Assembly (NCBI GenBank): GCA_019314375.1
Contig: JAFCZJ010000002.1
Span: forward strand, 6,904 to 70,903
Length of the DNA: 64,000 bases
DNA from: Deltaproteobacteria bacterium
Lineage (GTDB): Bacteria > Myxococcota > B64-G9
Direction: 5' to 3'
The stretch's first letter is position 1; every line of letters begins with the position of its first letter. The notes beneath the pieces are model-generated. The model saw only the letters and a list, made by a program, of their open reading frames with translations, had not been told where the DNA came from and searched no databases. Positions 57,031 to 64,000 of the stretch are shown here, piece after piece. Both the position numbers and the translations under genes were made by a program.

Positions 57031-58605
57031 ATGTCTAAGACGACCACATGCATACTCTTGACCCTATTGGGTCTTTTCTTTTTGGGTCTGTGGTGGTTGA
57101 TGGACGACGCCCCCGAAGATCATGGGACCGCTGCGAGTCTGCAGGGCATGGTGGAGGATGGCGATCAAGGGCCCATCGCGGCAGAGGTTCGACTGCGCTG
57201 CGCGGATGAAGGCATTCAGAAAATTCGTGCCGGGGAAGATGGGCTGTTCGAGTTTGAAGGCCTGCCCGAAGGGTCTTGCCGGGTCATGGCCCAGGCTGAG
57301 GGTTATCTGGCCGGCATGCGTGAAGTGAGTGCGCGTTTGGATGTGGAAATCTTGGCCGGTGAACGCCTGGTGGATGTACGTCTGCTTCTCTATCGACCCA
57401 ATCGAATCGCAGGCCAGGTCTTGGGGCCGGCGGGACCTGTTCCCAATGCCAAAATTGGTTTGTTTGTGATTCAAGCGCCGGATGTGGAGCAGGCCTACAG
57501 TGAGGATTTGGAGCTTGTGACCTCGGCTGATGGTCGCTTTCATTTGGAGGGGCTGGGGCCCGGGACTTTGCAGGTGCTGGCCGAGGCCGAGGGCCTGGCC
57601 ATGGGTCGCAGCCGAGAATTCGATTTGCGTTCCGGGACAAGCATCGAGGACCTGCGCATCGTCCTTTCTCCCTTGCAGGCCATCAAGGTAGCCGAAGCGC
57701 CACGGCTGATCATGCGTCGCGATGCATCCGAGCAGGATAGCGACACAGGTAGTCTGAGTGGGCGCGTGTTGACAAGCGGTTCGGGTAAATCGGTGCGCAT
57801 CTTTGATCTGCGCATGCTGGCCTTTCGGGAAAAGGATGGCGAGCTGGGCAAGTTGCCAAGGCGCGCCCAACGGCGTATCGCCGATGGCGAGGGTCGCTTC
57901 CGGCTAGAGGGATTGGAACCTGGCCAGTACAGTTTGGAGATCAGGGCTCCGGGACGGACTTCATCGCGATTGGAGTCGGTGCGAGTCGAAGCGGGTCGTT
58001 TGACCGATCTGGGAGACCTTTTTCTTTCCGGGCCCGGCAGCGTCCGGGGCAGGGTGGTGGACGGCCGTACGGGCGAAGGCCTGCCTGGCGTTAATGTGGG
58101 GGCTTTGGGTGTCGGGGGCAGGTCGGTGCGTAGTCAGAGCGACGCAGACGGAAATTTCCGGCTCACCCAGTTGCCGGCTGATTTGGTTTCGGTGGGCCTG
58201 GCCAAGCATGGCTATCTTCGTGAGCTTTTGTCGGGGATTTCCGTACAGGCCGGACAGGAATTGGATCTGGGTGAGGTGAGCCTGGAGTCAAGTCAGGGTA
58301 AGCGCGGCAGCTTTGCATACGCCGGCATGGGGGCCAGCCTCAAGCAGGAGGGTGGCCGTTTGTTGGTGGGCGATGTTTTCGAGGGCGCGCCGGCGGCCCA
58401 GGTTGGCCTGGTTACAGGAAGTCAGATCATGACCGTGGATGGACAAGATGTAAGTGCCTTGGGGCTGAGGGGGGCCGTGGAGCGTATCCGGGGCAGGGAT
58501 GGAAGCATGGTGAGCCTGGAAGTCATCCTGCCCGGTGAGTCCTCAAGTCGCCTGTTGCACATTCAGCGGGGACGCGTCATCAGCCCGGCCCGCCGTCGGC
58601 CCTGA
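57031..58605 (+). CDS. Membrane-anchored protein with carboxypeptidase-regulatory-like repeats and C-terminal PDZ domain
   Basis: N-terminal TM; four G.V....G.P......DG.F.L.GL..G......A.G repeats; YAGMGASL, GAPAAQVGL, IRGRDGS; start inferred. Confidence 0.85.
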   Translation: MSKTTTCILLTLLGLFFLGLWWLMDDAPEDHGTAASLQGMVEDGDQGPIAAEVRLRCADEGIQKIRAGEDGLFEFEGLPEGSCRVMAQAEGYLAGMREVSARLDVEILAGERLVDVRLLLYRPNRIAGQVLGPAGPVPNAKIGLFVIQAPDVEQAYSEDLELVTSADGRFHLEGLGPGTLQVLAEAEGLAMGRSREFDLRSGTSIEDLRIVLSPLQAIKVAEAPRLIMRRDASEQDSDTGSLSGRVLTSGSGKSVRIFDLRMLAFREKDGELGKLPRRAQRRIADGEGRFRLEGLEPGQYSLEIRAPGRTSSRLESVRVEAGRLTDLGDLFLSGPGSVRGRVVDGRTGEGLPGVNVGALGVGGRSVRSQSDADGNFRLTQLPADLVSVGLAKHGYLRELLSGISVQAGQELDLGEVSLESSQGKRGSFAYAGMGASLKQEGGRLLVGDVFEGAPAAQVGLVTGSQIMTVDGQDVSALGLRGAVERIRGRDGSMVSLEVILPGESSSRLLHIQRGRVISPARRRP

Positions 58606-60951
58606 TCAGGGTTGGCTGACGGTCAGATCGAAAGTGTCCGTGTCACCGGTCGTGTTGATGTTTCGCACCAGGATCAATAGCTCGCCGTCGTAGGGTGCGG
58701 TGGTGTCCAGTTGGGCGGTCTCGCCCGCGGCGGTTGCTGCAACTTGGCCCAATCGGCCCAGTTCGTCGTTTCCGACTCTGGAATACCAGTTGCTTTGTGA
58801 GTGATAACCTCGGGCCAGCAACCAGATTTCAGGCTGCAGCTCCGCGCCGGTTTCCGGATTGGCCAGGATGCGGATGGCCGCCCCGTTGGTGACCTCGATA
58901 CGGAATAGCGCCGCGCCCGGGCCGGTTTGCAAGTCAACGCCGTCCACGTCGATGGGGGTGGTTGTCAAGGTGCCCAGGTCCATGGGCGTCAGCAGCCAGG
59001 GGGTGACGCTCCAGTCGGCACCGGAGAGATCCGCGCCTTCTTCTATCCATCGCAAAAACACCGTCTCGCTTTCGCGCAGCCAGGCGAAGCTTGGGCTGAG
59101 AGCGTCTAAGCTTGCGCTCTCGGTATCCAGGGCCGGCCCCAGGGGCAGAAGGTCCGTCTTGAATAGTTGGGCCAAAGGATCACTCCAATTGCCGTTGCCC
59201 GAAAGCGCATCCATCCACAGAATCTGGCCGGCTGCTCCATCCAGGCGCGCCAGGCCGCCGTCGGTCAGGCTGTTGGCCGGCATCTCCACGGCGGCCAGGG
59301 TGCCCGATGCGGCGTCGGGGGTCAGGGCGGGCGTGGCGTAAAGCAGGTTCTCGAAGTCGTATGCAGCTTGGGCCACACCAGAAGAATCGTGGAGCCAGAC
59401 GTAAATCCAGCTGTCGTTTTGGGCATAGTGGTGTCGCCAGCAGTTTTCTTCGGCGCCGGCCGTGCAAAAGGTGAGAGACGACAAGTCCGAAGCCAGCAAG
59501 TCCGCGCGAAGCCGGCCTTCGACACCTGCCGGCAGGCCGCAAGAAAAGACGAAGAAATCGCCCAAACTCATGTCCCAGCGCAGAATGCGGTAGGCACCTT
59601 CTGCCAGGCTGCCGTCTGAGCAATTCGTGGCGTTACAATCCTCTACGGGCAAGCTGGCCATGGTCAGGCTGTAGTCCATATTGGGCCCGCTGGAGAGTAA
59701 GAAGTCTTGCACCAGAAGGTACGCGCCGTCGCTGTCGGCGGCAAAGATCGCGATTGCGTCCTCATTGAACCAAGATGCCTGTACCTCCTGGCGCAGTTGA
59801 GCGTCAGGCCCGAAGACCATCAAGGTGGACCAGAGATCGCTGGAGGCATCGACGACGGGCTGCCCCGCCGAGCGCGTGGCCAGTATTTCCCTGGCGTTGA
59901 TGCCTTCGATGCGAAAGAAGGCCAGTTGTCCGTCCGACAGGCTGCCTTCCTGTGCGTCGGGCAGGCTGGAAATGACCTGCGGCGTGGGCGCGGGAAGACG
60001 TTCCACGGTCACGTAATAGCTGAAATCATCGCCGCCCACGGGCAAGGCTCCGATGCCGAAGAGATTGGCCAAGGCCGGGCCGATGTCGTTGAGCCAGAGC
60101 AGGTAGTTGCCGGTCGTCGGCAGGTAGATCTCTCGGCTGTTGTCCACGCCCAGGGGGTTGACCGAGGCTCTGAGGTAAGCCCCTGCTTCATCCGTCACAT
60201 AGAAGGCCGGCAGGCAGGCGCTTTCGCTGGTTGCGTGGATGCGCAGGTAGTCGCCGGCCTGGGCCGAGAAAGCAAAGACATCCCAGTCCTGATCCGCCCA
60301 GCCGTCGTCGTTAAGATCCTGGGGCAGATCCACCACGCCCCCAAGGCTTACTTGTTCGCCCTCGGCCGGCAGAGTAAACGCAGCCACGCCATCCGGCTCG
60401 GCGGATTCATTGACGTCCGGGGCGGGCAGTACATTCGGGACACAGTCGCCCTCGGGTCCCGGGTGGGTGCCCTCGCCGCAGGCCGTCGCGTCGGGTCGGC
60501 AAACCAGGCTGGTTTCGTCATAGGTCGTGCCCGGCGCGCAGCCCGAGCCGTCGGGCATACAGGTGCCCGTCTGGGGGTCTAATGCCGTGCCCGTGGAGCA
60601 GATGGGCACCAAGCGACAAGCATCCCCATCCCAATATTGACCCTCGGGGCAGTCGGGCACACAGGACGCCGAGGCCTCGTCGAAGCGGGTGCCGGCGGCG
60701 CATTCAGGTACCTGCTGACAGACGCTGCCGTCGAAGTACTGATCAGCGGCACAGGCCGGCACGCAAAGGCCGCTTTCCAGATCGGGTACGGTGCCCGGAT
60801 CGCAGGTCCAGGTGGGCACGCATCGACCGTCTTGTTCCACGGTGTCCTCGCCGCAGACAAGGCCGTCGTCACAGGCTGCGCCGAGTGAGATAAAGGACAA
60901 GAGGCTGGCTGCGATGGCGAAATGCTTCAAACCTTGTATGGAAGTCATCAT
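58606..60951 (-). CDS. Lipoprotein with Cys-rich repeats and PPC-like beta-sandwich domains
   Basis: GAGGAGG RBS before ATG60951; lipobox GAAC; CxxGT..D...G.C.P repeats; DWDVFAFSAQAGDYLRI. Confidence 0.8.
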   Translation of the reverse strand: MMTSIQGLKHFAIAASLLSFISLGAACDDGLVCGEDTVEQDGRCVPTWTCDPGTVPDLESGLCVPACAADQYFDGSVCQQVPECAAGTRFDEASASCVPDCPEGQYWDGDACRLVPICSTGTALDPQTGTCMPDGSGCAPGTTYDETSLVCRPDATACGEGTHPGPEGDCVPNVLPAPDVNESAEPDGVAAFTLPAEGEQVSLGGVVDLPQDLNDDGWADQDWDVFAFSAQAGDYLRIHATSESACLPAFYVTDEAGAYLRASVNPLGVDNSREIYLPTTGNYLLWLNDIGPALANLFGIGALPVGGDDFSYYVTVERLPAPTPQVISSLPDAQEGSLSDGQLAFFRIEGINAREILATRSAGQPVVDASSDLWSTLMVFGPDAQLRQEVQASWFNEDAIAIFAADSDGAYLLVQDFLLSSGPNMDYSLTMASLPVEDCNATNCSDGSLAEGAYRILRWDMSLGDFFVFSCGLPAGVEGRLRADLLASDLSSLTFCTAGAEENCWRHHYAQNDSWIYVWLHDSSGVAQAAYDFENLLYATPALTPDAASGTLAAVEMPANSLTDGGLARLDGAAGQILWMDALSGNGNWSDPLAQLFKTDLLPLGPALDTESASLDALSPSFAWLRESETVFLRWIEEGADLSGADWSVTPWLLTPMDLGTLTTTPIDVDGVDLQTGPGAALFRIEVTNGAAIRILANPETGAELQPEIWLLARGYHSQSNWYSRVGNDELGRLGQVAATAAGETAQLDTTAPYDGELLILVRNINTTGDTDTFDLTVSQP

Positions 60952-60961
60952 GGTCGCCTCC

Positions 60962-63343
60962 TCAATTTCCCGTGACCTGGATGTCGACGCTGAAGAAAGC
61001 CAGGGGGCCTGCCGATCCTGCATCCATGACCATGATGAGGCTCATGCCGTCGTAAGGGCTCAGGTACTCCACGGTGGCCGCTTCGCCGCCGGCGCTGGCG
61101 GTGGTTTGTTCCACCAGGCCCAAGCGGATGGCATCCGGATCAGTATCCCAGCGGTAGTATATCCAGTCCCAGATCGGATGGCCGAAGTTGAAAACCCAGA
61201 TCTCGGGTTGCAGGTTGGTCGACAAAAGGGCCGGGTCCACCGTGATCTGCAGCAACTGCTCAGCCTGGCCTTCGAAGGAGTAGAATTTCAGACTGCCGCC
61301 TAGCAGTTGGTTGCTCACGGAGACCGGTTGGCCCGCGGTGGGGGCCCCTAAGTCCTCGGCGCTCATGGACACGGGGCGCACATCGTAGGTGGCGCCCGTG
61401 ATATCGGCCCAAAGGTCGTAGACCCAGTGCAGGTAAGTGCGATCATGTCGAATGTAAGCGAAGGTCGGCGTGATGAAACCGTCTGGGAAGTTCCAGGCAT
61501 TCGTGTCCACGATCGGACCCACCGGCTCGAACTCAGGGGTCACCAACCATTCGCTGTATTGCTCCGACCATGCACCGGAAGTGGGGGTGAAGGAGTCGAA
61601 GAAGATAATCTGCCCTTCGTTCAGCTTGAGGTTTTCAAAGGCAGCTGCGTTTAGCGCGTATTCAATATTCATGTCGGGCACCGAGCCCGGAAGCAGGGCA
61701 TCGACGGTCAAGCCCGAGGCGGTCTCGCCGACAGCCAGGGTCTCGGTGGCCTTGATCTGATCCTCCACCAAATAATCGCCGGGCGTATCGCCATCTGACC
61801 AGCGGAGCCACAAATAGCGCGGGCCGGCTTCCTCGGCGAAGAGGCGTCCCCAGCCGCCCTGGCCCGGATAGACGTACTGCTCCGCCAGGATGGGCTGCAT
61901 GTCGCTGTCCAGCCAGGTCGCAAGCAAGGCAGACCAGGCCGTCTCCGCCATGCCGAATCGGGCCATGAGCAAGTCATCGGCTTGCAGGTCCCAGCGCAAG
62001 AGCGCTTCAGAGCCCATGGGAACCGAACCGGAGGCGCAGGCACCTCCGTCGCAGTCTTCGATCGCGGGCTCGGCCAGTTGGAATTCGAAGTCTCGAGTGC
62101 TGCCTGTCATCAGCAGATGATCCAAGACCACCAGATAGTCTTGACCGCTTTTCGGGTTCAGGGCGAATTCGGCGTTTTGGCTTGCGTCGCCCGTCAATTG
62201 TTCGTGCAAGAGGCCCTGGTCGTCGAAGATCATCAGGGCGGCGAAGACGTCGCTTGCGGCTGTTGCCGAGGGCTCGCCCACGGATCGCATGACGGCCGGC
62301 GTGCCGGGTGTCACGGCAGGCAGGCGGTAGAAATGGAGTTGTCCTTCATCCAATTGACCCGAGTCACCGTCAGGCATGGTTTCGAGGTCGATGACCTCCG
62401 GTGTCCCCAGGTTCTCCACCACAACCTGATAGGAAAATTCCGCACCGCCCACGGGCAGCACCAGGCTGCCAAAAAGATAGCCGGCCAGATGGTTGTAGTC
62501 GGTGACCAGCAAGACGTAGTCATCATCCTTGGGGAGATAGAATTCTCGGACGGCGTCTGATGCATTGGGCTCAAGGCAATAGCGTATGTAAGTGACCTGG
62601 CTGCGATCGGTCGGGTCCTCGGCCAGAAGGACCAAGGCCGGCCTGGCGGCCCCTCCGCTCAAGGCTTGAATCCGAAGGTAGCTGCCAGCGGGAGCGTGGA
62701 AGTTGAAGCCGTCCCAGTCGCTTTCATCCTGGCCATCTTCATCGCTGTCAAAGGGTTCGTCGATGAATCCGCCCAGGCTGATGCTGTCTCCCTCAGCCGG
62801 CAAATCGAAAACGGCGTTACTCGCCGGGTCCGCGGACTCCGCGACGTCGGATGGGCCCAAATCGTCGGGTACGCATTCACCCGAGGCGTCGGCGTGGGTG
62901 CCTTCTCCACAAGTCACGTCCGGCACGCATATGCCGTCCACCAGGCTGCTGCCCGCCGCGCAGGCTCCCTCGGAAGGAAGGCATTCGCCGGTGGCGGGAT
63001 CGTATTCGGTGCCCGTGCCACAGGTGGGCAGGGCTTGGCAAGCCTCGCCATCCCAGGCTTCGTCGTTGCCGCAAAGCGGTACGCAGCGACCGTCTTCTTC
63101 CACTGTGCCGGGGGCGCATTCGGTTACCGGTACGCAAGCACTGCCATCCCATCGCTGGTTTTCGAGACACAGGGGCACACAGGCCCCTTCTTGTTCCATG
63201 GTGCCGGGTCCGCATTCGCTGACTTCGGCCACGCACTGACCGTCTTGTTCCACGGTGCCTTCGGCGCAGAGCAGATTTTCGCCGCCACAGGCCCCCAGGA
63301 ACAGAACGAGAATCGACAATATTGGAAAACTTGATTTGCTCAT
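60962..63343 (-). CDS. Paralog of the downstream Cys-rich/PPC-like lipoprotein
   Basis: AGGAG RBS; lipobox LGAC; same architecture, DWDGFNFHAPAGSYLRI, LQPEIW, PYDG. Confidence 0.8.
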   Translation of the reverse strand: MSKSSFPILSILVLFLGACGGENLLCAEGTVEQDGQCVAEVSECGPGTMEQEGACVPLCLENQRWDGSACVPVTECAPGTVEEDGRCVPLCGNDEAWDGEACQALPTCGTGTEYDPATGECLPSEGACAAGSSLVDGICVPDVTCGEGTHADASGECVPDDLGPSDVAESADPASNAVFDLPAEGDSISLGGFIDEPFDSDEDGQDESDWDGFNFHAPAGSYLRIQALSGGAARPALVLLAEDPTDRSQVTYIRYCLEPNASDAVREFYLPKDDDYVLLVTDYNHLAGYLFGSLVLPVGGAEFSYQVVVENLGTPEVIDLETMPDGDSGQLDEGQLHFYRLPAVTPGTPAVMRSVGEPSATAASDVFAALMIFDDQGLLHEQLTGDASQNAEFALNPKSGQDYLVVLDHLLMTGSTRDFEFQLAEPAIEDCDGGACASGSVPMGSEALLRWDLQADDLLMARFGMAETAWSALLATWLDSDMQPILAEQYVYPGQGGWGRLFAEEAGPRYLWLRWSDGDTPGDYLVEDQIKATETLAVGETASGLTVDALLPGSVPDMNIEYALNAAAFENLKLNEGQIIFFDSFTPTSGAWSEQYSEWLVTPEFEPVGPIVDTNAWNFPDGFITPTFAYIRHDRTYLHWVYDLWADITGATYDVRPVSMSAEDLGAPTAGQPVSVSNQLLGGSLKFYSFEGQAEQLLQITVDPALLSTNLQPEIWVFNFGHPIWDWIYYRWDTDPDAIRLGLVEQTTASAGGEAATVEYLSPYDGMSLIMVMDAGSAGPLAFFSVDIQVTGN

Positions 63344-63411
63344 GATCGTCTCCTGTTAATAGAACGAACCTGTATTGGAGAGATTCTTGAATGTGTCTTA
63401 CGGGTGTCGGA

Positions 63412-63999
63412 CTAAGGATGTCGGAAGATGTGAAGGACTTGCAAGGCAGCACGTTTGGTGAATTCTTGGGCCAGTTCCTCGATGGCCATTTTTTCCGCTT
63501 CGGCCTCGCTTGCGGCTTGGCTCACGCCACGCAGGCTCCATTTATAGTTTTTCTTTGCCCCGTGGGCGGTCAGCCTGCATCGGCCCGATATCCGCATTTG
63601 ATTTTCCTTTTTTCGCAGGCTTTTTTGTGCCTTCAGGTCGAGGGTGAACATCCATTTGCCGTCCCGCGCGCGTACCGGGATGTTCTGCTTCGCCGTGGCA
63701 TCCTCGATCTGTTTGCGGAGGCGTGCCTCGATGCTCCCCTGGTCTCCCGTGGTCCAGTTGATGACCAGGATGGCGGGGAAGATGCCCTTGGCGATGCGGG
63801 CGACCTTGGGGCTTTTTTCCACGGCAAAGCGCAGCAGTCGGAAGACCTCGTCCCGGTGGCGGCTGAACTCGCTGGTTCTTGGACGGCGAAGCATGAATTG
63901 GACCAAGGGGTCCAGCTTTCGCCTGGGGTCCTTTTTTGCCGCAGTCCAGAGCTTGTTCAGCTCGTGGTATTGTTTGGTCCCTTTGGTGGCACGCTTGAT
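63412..63999 (-). CDS. Hypothetical basic protein, 5' truncated by window edge
   Basis: Frame stays open from 63906 to the window end (IKRATKGTKQYHELNKLWT...). Confidence 0.6.
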   Translation of the reverse strand: MKRATKGTKQYHELNKLWTAAKKDPRRKLDPLVQFMLRRPRTSEFSRHRDEVFRLLRFAVEKSPKVARIAKGIFPAILVINWTTGDQGSIEARLRKQIEDATAKQNIPVRARDGKWMFTLDLKAQKSLRKKENQMRISGRCRLTAHGAKKNYKWSLRGVSQAASEAEAEKMAIEELAQEFTKRAALQVLHIFRHP

Positions 64000-64000
64000 G

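Overview
High-GC window that looks like a Myxococcota/deltaproteobacterial chromosome, judged from a MYXO-CTERM protein, many Cys-rich lipoproteins and a HEAT-repeat chemosensory cluster. Positions 1-8.4 kb hold a che operon (cheW, cheW, MCP, HEAT, cheR, cheB, GAF, cheY; no cheA inside the window). Positions 8.4-18.9 kb hold housekeeping and envelope genes ending in a tRNA-Met(CAT). The rest (19-64 kb) is dominated by secreted or surface proteins, many of them lipoproteins with Cys-rich stalks carrying hydrolases (peptidoglycan amidase, endonuclease I, alpha/beta hydrolase; a ceramidase-like one lies upstream), plus a mazEF toxin-antitoxin pair. Strongest non-obvious signals: (1) a candidate sigma54-driven small RNA at about 56786-56973, made of two long G.U-containing hairpins that each present the same C7 motif and ending in a U9 tract; (2) a sigma54-preceded TraA/TraB-like pair, a 2061-aa MYXO-CTERM protein plus a beta-barrel/TSP3/OmpA partner; (3) GGGGAC-type direct and inverted repeats bracketing the mazEF segment, with a 33-bp dyad array inside it. 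All calls were made by eye from motifs; no database searches or folding programs were run.
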